A DNA stretch of 64,000 bases from an uncultured Hyphomicrobiales bacterium (GTDB lineage Bacteria; Pseudomonadota; Alphaproteobacteria; Rhodospirillales; 2-12-FULL-67-15), in the NCBI GenBank assembly GCA_964412955.1, contig CAYPQV010000007.1:21795-85794 (forward strand), read 5' to 3'. The notes under the pieces were generated by a model that made no database searches, was not told the origin of the DNA, and worked only from the letters and a program-made list of their open reading frames with translations. Made by a program: the position numbers and the translations under genes. Within the stretch, counting starts at the first letter, position 1; each line of letters starts with the position of its first letter. This document shows positions 10,143 through 18,958 of the stretch, piece by piece.

Positions 10143-11291
10143 TTAAATGCTGGGCGGAATGCTGTCGACCGGCACCAGAATTTGGCGAACGACGCTGCCC
10201 TCGGCCAGGCGGTCGAAGGCCGCGTTGAGTTGGGCGAACCCGATCCGGCCGCTCATCAATTTATCGACCGGCAACCGGCCCTGGCGGTGGAGCGCGATGT
10301 AGCGCGGCACGTCGCGCAACGGCACGCAGCTTCCGACGTAGCTTCCCTTCACCGTGCGCTCCTCGGCGACCAGGTTGACGTGCGGCAGCGCGAATGTGTG
10401 GTCGGGGTGGGCCAGGCCCGCGCTCACGGTCGTTCCGCCGCGCCGGGTCAGGCGGTAGGCCAGCGCCATCGCCTTGACCGAGCCGACCATCTCGAAGGCG
10501 TAATCGGCGCCGCCCGAGGTCAAATCCCGCACCCGGGCGACCGCATCGGGATCGGCGGCATTGACCGCGTCGGTCGCGCCCAGCTCGCGCGCGAGCGCGA
10601 GCTTGTCGGGAAGAATGTCGAGGGCGACGATGCGCGCCGCGCCGCTGAGACGCGCCGCGAGCAGAGCGTTGAGCCCGACCCCGCCCAGGCCCACCACCGC
10701 GACCGAGGACCCCGCCCGCACGTTCGCGGTATTGATCACCGCCCCGACCCCGGTCAAGACGCCGCAGCCGAACAGGGCCGCCGTCTCGAACGGCAGATCG
10801 GGATCGATCTTGATCAGCGAGTTGCGCGAAACGACGGTGTGCTCGGCGAACGCGGAAACGCCGACATGGTGATGAATGGCCTGGCCGCCGCGCCGGAACC
10901 GGCGCGCGCCCGAAATCAGCGCGCCTTGGCCGTTGGCCGCCGCGCCCGGTTCGCACAACGCGGGCCGTCCCTCGGCGCAGGGCAGGCAATGGCCACAGCT
11001 CGGTACGAACACCATGACTACGTGATCGCCGCGTTTGAGGTCGTTGACGCCGGGACCGATCTCCTCCACTTCGCCCGCGGCTTCGTGGCCGAGGGCCATG
11101 GGCATCGGCCGAGGACGGTCGCCGTTGATGACCGAAAGATCCGAATGGCAGAGGCCGGCCGCGCGCACGCGCACCAGCACCTCCCCCTCGCCCGGCGGGT
11201 CGAGGTCGACCTCGGCAATGCGCAAGGGGCGGCTTTCGGCATAAGGCGCGGAAAGGCCCATGGTTTCCAGTATGGCGGCTTTGGTTTTCAT
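10143..11291 (-). CDS. Zinc-dependent alcohol dehydrogenase (class III-like)
   Basis: LCHSD, LGHE, CGHCLPCAEGRPALC, GCGVLTG and GLGGVG motifs. Start set at MKTKAA, which overlaps the upstream stop (ATGA). Confidence 0.92.
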   Translation of the reverse strand: MKTKAAILETMGLSAPYAESRPLRIAEVDLDPPGEGEVLVRVRAAGLCHSDLSVINGDRPRPMPMALGHEAAGEVEEIGPGVNDLKRGDHVVMVFVPSCGHCLPCAEGRPALCEPGAAANGQGALISGARRFRRGGQAIHHHVGVSAFAEHTVVSRNSLIKIDPDLPFETAALFGCGVLTGVGAVINTANVRAGSSVAVVGLGGVGLNALLAARLSGAARIVALDILPDKLALARELGATDAVNAADPDAVARVRDLTSGGADYAFEMVGSVKAMALAYRLTRRGGTTVSAGLAHPDHTFALPHVNLVAEERTVKGSYVGSCVPLRDVPRYIALHRQGRLPVDKLMSGRIGFAQLNAAFDRLAEGSVVRQILVPVDSIPPSI

Positions 11292-11965
11292 GGCGCGGCC
11301 CATAGACGAAGAAGGTTGTAATACCCCTGAAGCAGCGCCGCGGTTTCGGGCGCGTCCGGGGATTTTTCGACCAGCAGATGATGCGCGCGCTGAAGATCGG
11401 CGAGGATCGCGCGCCGGCTGGGATCGGCGACGACGCTTTGCGCCCACAGGATTCCGGCCAGCCGCGCGCCGCGCGTCACCGGTTCGACCCGGTGCGGCGT
11501 GCCGGTGGTATAGGCGACCGCGTGCCCGCGCGGGAGCTTGATCGCGCGTTCCTCCCCTTCCGCGCCGATGGTCAATTCGCCGCCGTCGTAGGTCGCGGGA
11601 TCGGCGAGGAAAATCGTGACCGAAATGTCGGTGCGCAGCATGTTTTCCACGTTGCCCATCAGCGGATTATCCACGTGCCGGGGGTAGGCCATGCCCGGCT
11701 CGTAGCGGCTGACGATCGGGCGCGAATAACGGCACGGCAGCACGCAATCGTTGAATTCGCGCCGGGCGGCGAGCGCGCGCACCAGCAGCGTTTCGAGTGC
11801 CTGCGCGCCCGGCGTCGCCTTGCGATCCATTTCCAGGTTGCGCTTGGTCCCCCGCGCGGTCCCGCCCGCGCTCCCGGCGCCGTCTCGGAAACACGCCTTG
11901 GCCAGGGTCTCGTCGACGAATTCCAGGTCCTCGGCGTCGAGAACGTTTTCGATGATCACGATCAT
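11288..11965 (-). CDS. PKHD-type Fe(II)/2-oxoglutarate hydroxylase (YbiX/PiuC-like)
   Basis: HVDN, RTDISVTIFL, YDGGEL and HRVEPVTRGAR motifs; C-terminal YYNLLRLWA. Confidence 0.9.
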   Translation of the reverse strand: MIVIIENVLDAEDLEFVDETLAKACFRDGAGSAGGTARGTKRNLEMDRKATPGAQALETLLVRALAARREFNDCVLPCRYSRPIVSRYEPGMAYPRHVDNPLMGNVENMLRTDISVTIFLADPATYDGGELTIGAEGEERAIKLPRGHAVAYTTGTPHRVEPVTRGARLAGILWAQSVVADPSRRAILADLQRAHHLLVEKSPDAPETAALLQGYYNLLRLWAAP

Positions 11966-12054
11966 GGACCGTTCCCTTGCCCGAACCCCTTCCGGTGCCT
12001 ACATATGCTCAATATCCCCCCATGATGGCCTATGTTCAAGAACGGGAACCCGCC

Positions 12055-12441
12055 ATGACGTATTATTTCTCCAAGACCCTCGATCTGCCCTTCGATCAGG
12101 CGGTCGCCAGGACCACCGCCGCCCTCAAGGATCGCGGTTTCGGCGTGCTCACCACCATCGACGTCAAGGACACCCTCAAGAAAAAGATCGGCGCCGAGTT
12201 CCGGCCCTACACCATCCTGGGCGCCTGCAATCCCGGCTTCGCCCATAAGGCCCTCCAGGCCGAACCGATGATCGGCACCATGCTGCCCTGCAACGTCATC
12301 GTTCAGCAGGCGGACGACGGGAAGGTTCAGGTTTCCGCCGTCGACCCGATCGCGTCCATGGCCGCGATCAAGAATCCGTCGCTGGAAGCGATCGCGACCG
12401 AAGTCCGGGGCTTGCTCAAGGGCATGGTCGATTCCCTTTGA
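12055..12441 (+). CDS. DUF302 family protein
   Basis: GFGVLTTIDV, YTILGACNP and MLPCNVIV motifs. Confidence 0.9.
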   Translation: MTYYFSKTLDLPFDQAVARTTAALKDRGFGVLTTIDVKDTLKKKIGAEFRPYTILGACNPGFAHKALQAEPMIGTMLPCNVIVQQADDGKVQVSAVDPIASMAAIKNPSLEAIATEVRGLLKGMVDSL

Positions 12442-12445
12442 GCCT

Positions 12446-13204
12446 CTAGCGGTCGGCTTCGGCCACCCGCGCCAGCACGATGTCGGCGAAGCCGGGGTCG
12501 ACGCCGAGCGGACGCATCAGCCACAGCCTTCGCCCGCGCGTCGGAAACGGGCCCGCGAACGGCGCTTCCGTTCCGTCCGGCTCGACGCCCAGCAGGCGCG
12601 CGACATCGTTGCCGCCGTGGCGCCCCTCGGCCATCAACAGCGGCACCACGGCAACGTCGGCGGCGGAAAGCAATCGGTCCCATTCGGCGATCGACGGCGG
12701 CTCTTCGATGAAGGCGGCCGCCGATTCGCGCGCGGCCCCCGCCGCGAGCAATGCGGCGACGAACGCACGGGCACGCGCCGACGAATCCGGGTTGCGCGGG
12801 GTGCCGTGACCGGCGACAAGAACGCCGAGGCGATCGGCGGAAAGGGCGAAGCGCGCGCATAACTCGGCGAGGCCCCGCGCGGCGATCCGGGCGACGTCGG
12901 GATGGGTGCCGGTCGCCCGGCAGACGACGATGTCCTTGCGCGCGGCGACCGCGCCCGACAACGCTTCGCCGACCACGCCGTCGGCGGCGAGATGGGGGAC
13001 GACATAGGTTTCGCGATCCGACAGGTCGTCGAGAATGTCGGGGAGCCTGGGTCCCGTCCTCAGGAACGCCGCGCGCACGTCGGCGAAAACCTCCCGCGCG
13101 CGCACCGCTTCAACCAGCGCTTCGACCGAACGCCCGCCTTCGGGTTCGCCGGATGAACCGTGCCCGACGATCACCAGCGCCCGCCGGGCCCAGGCTTCAG
13201 CCAT
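12446..13204 (-). CDS. cbiX: CbiX/SirB-type sirohydrochlorin chelatase
   Basis: Duplicated chelatase domains with VGHGS and AGHGT, plus AFIEEPP and GRHG. Overlaps the end of the DsrN-SUMT gene. Confidence 0.75.
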   Translation of the reverse strand: MAEAWARRALVIVGHGSSGEPEGGRSVEALVEAVRAREVFADVRAAFLRTGPRLPDILDDLSDRETYVVPHLAADGVVGEALSGAVAARKDIVVCRATGTHPDVARIAARGLAELCARFALSADRLGVLVAGHGTPRNPDSSARARAFVAALLAAGAARESAAAFIEEPPSIAEWDRLLSAADVAVVPLLMAEGRHGGNDVARLLGVEPDGTEAPFAGPFPTRGRRLWLMRPLGVDPGFADIVLARVAEADR

Positions 13205-15428
13205 GCGCCGTCCGGCCGTCCGGAAGCGGTCCGCAGTCGAGGACTTCCGAGGCCCAGTTGAGGTCCTTGGCCAGCGCCGCCACCTCGCCGATGACGAACA
13301 GGGTCGGCGGTCGGAACTGTTCGCGGACGACGCATTCGGGAAGGTCCGCGAGGGTGGTGAGCACCGTGCGTTGCTCCGGCGTGGTGCCTTTTTCGATCGC
13401 CGCCGCCGGCGTCGACGGGGCCAGGCCGGCCCGGATCAATTCTCGCGCAATCAACGCCGCGTTGGTCAGGCCCATGTAGACGACCAGCGTGGTTTTGGAA
13501 TCGGCCAGCGCCTGCCAGTTGAGATCGACGTCGTGGCCGTCCTGGGCGTGGCCGGTGACGAAAGTCACCGCGCGCGCAAGGCCCCGGTGGGTGAGAGGGA
13601 TGCCGGCGCGGGTCGCGCAGCCGGTCGCGGCCGACACGCCCGGCACCACCTCGAACGCGATGTTGTTGCGGGCGAGTTCGAGCGCCTCTTCGCTGCCGCG
13701 CCCGAAGACGAAGGGATCGCCGCCCTTGAGACGCACCACCCGCTTGCCGCCGCGCGCCAGGCGGACCAGCAACTGATTGATTTCGTCCTGCTGGACGAAG
13801 TGGGTGCGCGCGGCCTTGCCGGCGAAAATCCGGCTGGCGCCGGGCCGCGCCAGCGCCAGCACCTCGGGCGAGACCAGGCGGTCGTAAACGACGATGTCGG
13901 CGTCGGCCAAAATCTCCTTCGCCCGCACCGTCAGCAGGCCGGGATCGCCCGGCCCGGCGCCGACCAGGTGCACCCGCGCCGGCGTCGCCGCGGACCCGCG
14001 CACCGCGCGCCGGATCGGCGTCGCCGCCGGCGCGGGCGCCGTCCGGATTCGGACCGCGCCTTGAGCCTTGCAGCGGCGCACGAACGCCACGAACCGCGCC
14101 GCCCACCGGTTCAGGCCGGTATCGCGCAGATGGGAAAACGACGCGAGCAGATTGCCCTGCACCAACCCGTCGCGGCGGCCGTCGAGCCCGTGGCCGCGCA
14201 GTACTTCGTAGGCGAAAACCGCGTCGGCCGGCAGGGCATCGAGCGCGCCGTGATGGAATTCGTGCGCCGGAATCTCGCGCGGCGCCCCTTCGCCGGGCCA
14301 GGGGCCGGCGCCGGTTTCCTTCAGCCGCACGTAACCGCGTCCCTGGGGCCTGGCGTGCAGCGTCACGTCGGCCGCGATCGCGCCGACCATGTCGTGGATG
14401 TCGCCCTTCCATTTCAGCCGCCGGCAGAGATACATCAGCCCGCCGCATTCGGCGTAGGCCGGAAGCCCGGCCGCCAACGCCGCGCGAATCTCGGCGCGTA
14501 AAGCGACGTTCGCCTCCAGCCCCGCCATGTGGGTTTCGGGAAAGCCGCCGCCGATGAACAGGCCGTCGATATCGGGCAACGCGCGGTCGCGGAGCGTGTC
14601 GAAAAAGACCAGTTCGGCGCCGGCCGCCGCCAGGGCCTCCAGATCGCCCGGGTAATAGAATCCGAAGGCGGAATCGCGCGCGATACCGATGCGGACGTCG
14701 GAAGCGCGCGTCCCGCCGATAGGTGGGCGAACAATAGACGCTTGCGGCGCCGTTTGCGCCAGCGCCAGCACGCGGTCGAGGTCCACCTGCCGGACGACGG
14801 CGGCGGCGATGGTCTCGACGGTCGACTCGGTGGCGGTCCACTCGTTGCTCGGCATCAGGCCGAGATGGCGCTCGACGATTTCCAGCGCCGGATCCTGCTG
14901 CACCGCGCCGAGCACGGGAATGCCGGTGTAATGGTCGATGATCGCGCGCAGTTTCGCCTCGTGGCGCGATCCGCCGATCTTGTTGAGGATCACGCCGCCG
15001 ATCCCGACGTCGGCATCGAACGCGCGGTAGCCGAGCAGCAGCGGCGCGATTCCGCGCGTCATGCCGCGCGCGTCGATCACCAGCACCACCGGCGCGGCCA
15101 GCAGCTTCGCCAGCGCCGCGTTGCTGTTGGAACCGGCGAGGTCGAGACCGTCGTAAAGCCCCTTGTTGCCTTCGATCAGGCCGAGGGCGGCGCCCGCCAT
15201 GCGCGCCGCGAACGTGTCCTCGATTTCGCGGGCGGACATGGTGTGGAAATCGAGGTTGTGGCAGGGCCGCCCGGCGGCGACGCCGAGCCACAGCGGGTCG
15301 ATGTAATCGGGTCCCTTCTTGAACGGCTGCACCGCGAGCCCGCGCCGGGCGAACGCGCGCGCGAGGCCGATGGCCAGCGTGGTCTTGCCCGAGGACTTGT
15401 GCGCGGCGGAGAGGAACAGGTGCGCCAT
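13197..15428 (-). CDS. dsrN: DsrN (siroheme/cobyrinate a,c-diamide synthase family) fused to uroporphyrinogen-III C-methyltransferase (CobA/SUMT)
   Basis: N-part: HKSSGKTT, KKGPDYIDP, IEGNKGLYDG, YAECGGLMY, HEFHH. Ala/Pro linker. C-part: VHLVGAGPGDPGLLT, RLKGGDPFVFGRG, VPGVSA. Confidence 0.88.
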   Translation of the reverse strand: MAHLFLSAAHKSSGKTTLAIGLARAFARRGLAVQPFKKGPDYIDPLWLGVAAGRPCHNLDFHTMSAREIEDTFAARMAGAALGLIEGNKGLYDGLDLAGSNSNAALAKLLAAPVVLVIDARGMTRGIAPLLLGYRAFDADVGIGGVILNKIGGSRHEAKLRAIIDHYTGIPVLGAVQQDPALEIVERHLGLMPSNEWTATESTVETIAAAVVRQVDLDRVLALAQTAPQASIVRPPIGGTRASDVRIGIARDSAFGFYYPGDLEALAAAGAELVFFDTLRDRALPDIDGLFIGGGFPETHMAGLEANVALRAEIRAALAAGLPAYAECGGLMYLCRRLKWKGDIHDMVGAIAADVTLHARPQGRGYVRLKETGAGPWPGEGAPREIPAHEFHHGALDALPADAVFAYEVLRGHGLDGRRDGLVQGNLLASFSHLRDTGLNRWAARFVAFVRRCKAQGAVRIRTAPAPAATPIRRAVRGSAATPARVHLVGAGPGDPGLLTVRAKEILADADIVVYDRLVSPEVLALARPGASRIFAGKAARTHFVQQDEINQLLVRLARGGKRVVRLKGGDPFVFGRGSEEALELARNNIAFEVVPGVSAATGCATRAGIPLTHRGLARAVTFVTGHAQDGHDVDLNWQALADSKTTLVVYMGLTNAALIARELIRAGLAPSTPAAAIEKGTTPEQRTVLTTLADLPECVVREQFRPPTLFVIGEVAALAKDLNWASEVLDCGPLPDGRTAHG

Positions 15429-15448
15429 GGGACGGCCCCGGCCGGGCT

Positions 15449-16543
15449 TCAGGCCGCCCGCGCCGACGCCCGGGGCAGGATCTCGTCCGGACGCGCGTTC
15501 CACAGCCGCCGGGCCTCGGCTTCGGCCGCGCGCGGATCGGCGGCGCGGCCCATCAGGCGGAGCGCGATGGCGGCGGTACCGACCACGACGGCCTCGGCAT
15601 ACGGGTCCTTATCCTGGCCGCGCCACAGGGCCGCGAGCCGGGACAAGTCCATCGTCTCCTCGCCGGGCGCGGACGCGCCAATATCCAAAGACCCGGCGGC
15701 ACTGTCCGCACCCGGTTTTCGATCTTGGCGGCCTGCGCCGCCGGGCGGGCGGGCGACGCCTTCCGTCGCCGGCCACTCCTCGTCCGATTTCGCGCCTTGA
15801 TGAAGATGCTGCACCTCGACCGGCTTTTCCGGGCGGCGTTCGATTTCGCCGCCCTCGCCCTTGAACACGGCCATGTGCGGCTGGCCGAGCCGGAGGCACA
15901 CGTCGCGGTGAATTTCGCGGTAGTTGGGGTGGAAGATGGACTGGATCGAATAAGGCGCGTCGAACGGGTTGATCATGCGCGCGAAGGTGTTGACCGGCGA
16001 GCGCACGCCGATGATCGGCTTCAGTTCGATGATTTCCTGCAGGCGCGGGCTGAACGCTTCGAGCGGCAGGTAGGCGAAGTTGCGTTCGGCGATCTGGCGC
16101 GCGGCGGCCTCAAGCGTGGTTGCGACCGGAACGCCGAGCGCGGCGAGCGTCTCGCGCGCGTATACCCGCCCCGGTGTGTGGCCCTCGGTGCCGTGCATCA
16201 GCACGCGCACCCCCGAACCCGCGAGCAGCAGCGCCGACAGCATGAACCACGGCAACTGGCGTTTCTTGCCGGCGTAGGCCGACCAGTCGAGATCGGCCCG
16301 CGCGCCTTCCGGCGCGCGGATCGTTTCCTTGACCGCGCGCACGAAGCCTTCGCCCTCGCCCGCGTCCTCGGTCCGAACCCGGAGCACGCAAAGGAACGCG
16401 CCCAACTGCATCGGTTCGACCTCGCCCCGCAGAATCATCCGCGTCGCTTCCAGCGCTTCCTCGGCGGTCAGCGGGCGTGAAAGCGTGGGGCCGCGCGCGA
16501 TGGTGCGCACGTACTTGGCGAAGGGGTGCTCCGTGGTGCTCAC
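15449..16543 (-). CDS. YbiB-like / anthranilate phosphoribosyltransferase-fold (glycosyl transferase family 3) protein
   Basis: HPFAKYVRTIARG, QLGAFL, DLDWSAYAGKKRQLPW and FKGEGGEIER motifs. Confidence 0.85.
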   Translation of the reverse strand: MSTTEHPFAKYVRTIARGPTLSRPLTAEEALEATRMILRGEVEPMQLGAFLCVLRVRTEDAGEGEGFVRAVKETIRAPEGARADLDWSAYAGKKRQLPWFMLSALLLAGSGVRVLMHGTEGHTPGRVYARETLAALGVPVATTLEAAARQIAERNFAYLPLEAFSPRLQEIIELKPIIGVRSPVNTFARMINPFDAPYSIQSIFHPNYREIHRDVCLRLGQPHMAVFKGEGGEIERRPEKPVEVQHLHQGAKSDEEWPATEGVARPPGGAGRQDRKPGADSAAGSLDIGASAPGEETMDLSRLAALWRGQDKDPYAEAVVVGTAAIALRLMGRAADPRAAEAEARRLWNARPDEILPRASARAA

Positions 16544-16570
16544 GAATCCGCTCTCACTGTCTTACTTCGC

Positions 16571-17773
16571 TTACTTCGCCGGAACGTCGACAAGCGATTC
16601 CGGCAGGATCGGCAGAACCTTGATCGCGATCGTCGCCAGCAGCAGCGCCAGCCCGACGCCGCCGAGCCCGAGCGCGACTTCGTAGACGCTCGGGACGTAG
16701 GGCGCGATGCCGGCATCGAGCGCCGACCCGGCCATTTCCATCCCCGGCACCAGAACCAACGGATAGGCCTGGCCGCCGATGATGATGACGTAAATCTGGG
16801 CGATTCCCCCGACCACGGCAAGGGCGGCGGCGAGCCCGGCGGCGCCGCGCGACGACGCGGTCGCCGGTGCGAACACCAGCGCGATTGGCGCAAGGCAACC
16901 GATTCCGACATGGCCGACCCAGAACAGGAGCGTGTAAATGCCCCCCTCGGTCAGCAGGAACCGTTCGACCCCCTGGCGCTCGGCGATATAGAGGTTGGTC
17001 AGGTGCTGGACGGCGACGAAATACAGGGTCGCGGCGAGGAAAATGCCGAGCAGGTTCTTGAGCCGGCGCACCGTCTCGTCGCCGAGCGGCCGCCCGGTCC
17101 CGGCCGAGGCCGCCATCACCACCAGCAAGAAGATCGCGTGCCCGAACGCCAGCGACATGGCGATGAACATGGGCGCCATCACCGCCGTATCGTAAGCCTG
17201 GCGCGCGACCAGGAACCCGAAGATCGACCCGGTGCCGGTGGTCAACACCAGGCGCCAGAGGAAAGCGAACGTGCCGACCGGCTTGGAGAAGCGGTTCATG
17301 CGCCGCTCCATCATCATCCACAGATAGACGATCACCACCGCGAAGAAGCCGGTGTAGAGAAATATGTTCCAGGCGAAGATGGATTTGAAGTTGTAGCTGG
17401 TCATGGCGACGATCAGCCGGTCGGGCCGGCCGAGATCGAGCACCAGCACGGCGAGCCCCCCGGCCAGCAGCGACACCGCCAGAACCCCGGAAAGCCGCGC
17501 GAGCGGCTTGTAGAGTTCCCGGCCGAAGACCGAGGAGATGGAAGCGACATTAAGCGCGCCGGACGCCGCGACGATCAAAAACACCGCGAACACGTGGGGC
17601 GTGCCCCACACGATCCGGTTCGACATGCCGGTGATCCAATGACCTTCGCTTTCCATGACGTGCGCGCCGGCGAGCCCGCCGACAACGAGCAGGCCGAGCG
17701 CGCCGGCCAGCGCCAGGAATCCGCGCCCCCAGCCCGGATGTTCGCGGAACTCGATGCGCGCGGCGGCGGTCAT
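16571..17773 (-). CDS. dsrP: DsrP, NrfD/PsrC-family membrane subunit
   Basis: ITGMSNRIVWG and LDLGRPDRL motifs, about 10 TM segments. Start MTAAARIEF overlaps the dsrO stop. Confidence 0.93.
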   Translation of the reverse strand: MTAAARIEFREHPGWGRGFLALAGALGLLVVGGLAGAHVMESEGHWITGMSNRIVWGTPHVFAVFLIVAASGALNVASISSVFGRELYKPLARLSGVLAVSLLAGGLAVLVLDLGRPDRLIVAMTSYNFKSIFAWNIFLYTGFFAVVIVYLWMMMERRMNRFSKPVGTFAFLWRLVLTTGTGSIFGFLVARQAYDTAVMAPMFIAMSLAFGHAIFLLVVMAASAGTGRPLGDETVRRLKNLLGIFLAATLYFVAVQHLTNLYIAERQGVERFLLTEGGIYTLLFWVGHVGIGCLAPIALVFAPATASSRGAAGLAAALAVVGGIAQIYVIIIGGQAYPLVLVPGMEMAGSALDAGIAPYVPSVYEVALGLGGVGLALLLATIAIKVLPILPESLVDVPAK

Positions 17774-18525
17774 CCGTTCAACCCCTTGTAGAGCACGCCC
17801 TGGTCGAGGCCGAGATCGGCGCGCAGCCGCAGCGCGACGTGGCGGCCGACCGCGCGGGCGATCTCGCTGTTCGGATCGTTGAGATCGCCGAAGATCAGGG
17901 CGCCCGGGCTTTTCCGTTCGGCCGCCTCGACGCAGGCGGGTCGGCGCCCGGCGTCGAGACGGTGGACGCAGAGCGTGCACGATTCGACCGTGCCCTTGCC
18001 GCGCGGTGCGTGCGGCTTCTGCCCGGTCGCGTTCTCGTGCACGAAGAACCGCACGCCGAACGGGCACGCCATCATGCAGTAACGGCAGCCGATGCAGATG
18101 TGCTTGTCGACCAGCACGACGCCGTCGGCGCGGCGGAACGACGCCCCGGTCGGGCACACGTCGACGCAGGGTGGGCGTTCGCAATGCTGGCACATCACCG
18201 GCAGCGTGCGCACCGCGCCGGTTCGGGGATCGTTGAGCGTGACGCTGCGGACCCACTGCGGATCGGTGAGCGGCCGGCCGTGGCCGGTCCAGCCGTTTTC
18301 CGCGCGGCAGGCTTCGACCACCGTATCGGCCACTTCCGCGTATTTGGACACGTCCACCAGCAGGCCCCAGCGGGTTTTCGCGGAAACCGACGTGCCGGGG
18401 GCGCGCGCTTCGGCGGGGGCCGGCCCGAGCAGCAGGGTCACGCCCGGCGCCAGCGCCAGCACGCTCGCCGCCGCCCCCTGCAGCAGGCGTCGGCGCGCGA
18501 GATCGACGTCGGCGCGCGCGTTCAT
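17770..18525 (-). CDS. dsrO: DsrO, periplasmic 4Fe-4S protein
   Basis: Tat-like signal ARRRLL; CQHCERPPCVDVCP, CIGCRYCMMACP and CTLC motifs. Confidence 0.93.
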   Translation of the reverse strand: MNARADVDLARRRLLQGAAASVLALAPGVTLLLGPAPAEARAPGTSVSAKTRWGLLVDVSKYAEVADTVVEACRAENGWTGHGRPLTDPQWVRSVTLNDPRTGAVRTLPVMCQHCERPPCVDVCPTGASFRRADGVVLVDKHICIGCRYCMMACPFGVRFFVHENATGQKPHAPRGKGTVESCTLCVHRLDAGRRPACVEAAERKSPGALIFGDLNDPNSEIARAVGRHVALRLRADLGLDQGVLYKGLNG

Positions 18526-18950
18526 GGCGATTTCCCCGGCGCGGACATCGTCGGCGCGGCGGCGGCCCGCGATTCGGGCACCCGCGCGTGGCAGCCGAAA
18601 CAGTCGATGCGCACGGCGGCATAGCGGTGGCATTCAGCGCAGAACGGCCGCACCGTGGCCGCTCCTTTTGCCGCCGGATCGGGCACCGCGTGGCATTCGA
18701 CGCAACCCTTGAGGCTGTGCTTGCGCCCGCGGATGCCCTTGTGCACGGTCTCGTCGCGTTCGTGCTCCAGGTAGATCATGTGGTTGCGGCGCATGTCGGC
18801 GACCGGCTCGACGCACTCGGTCCCCTTCGCGGCCTTGGGCGGCTTCGGCATCGGCGTGCGCGGATTGTCGGCGGCAACGGCCAATCCGGCCACGGCGACC
18901 AACGCCGCCGCCATCAAGATACGAACGAACGCACCTGATTTCCCCGCCAT
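18522..18950 (-). CDS. dsrJ: DsrJ, triheme cytochrome c
   Basis: Signal peptide; CVEPVADMRRNHM; three CxxCH motifs (CVECH, CAECH, CFGCH). Confidence 0.93.
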   Translation of the reverse strand: MAGKSGAFVRILMAAALVAVAGLAVAADNPRTPMPKPPKAAKGTECVEPVADMRRNHMIYLEHERDETVHKGIRGRKHSLKGCVECHAVPDPAAKGAATVRPFCAECHRYAAVRIDCFGCHARVPESRAAAAPTMSAPGKSP

Positions 18951-18958
18951 CGTTTCCT

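Noticed and set aside
12446-15428. Cobalamin biosynthesis cluster
   Set aside because: No other cob/cbi genes are present. The position at the end of the dsr operon indicates siroheme/siroamide supply.
17774-18622. 683-aa DsrP with a long N-terminal extension (similar over-long starts for rapZ, chvG, gltD, LysE and the ADH)
   Set aside because: The extensions overlap upstream genes in another frame and are Arg/Pro-rich noise. Internal starts with stop/start overlaps fit better.
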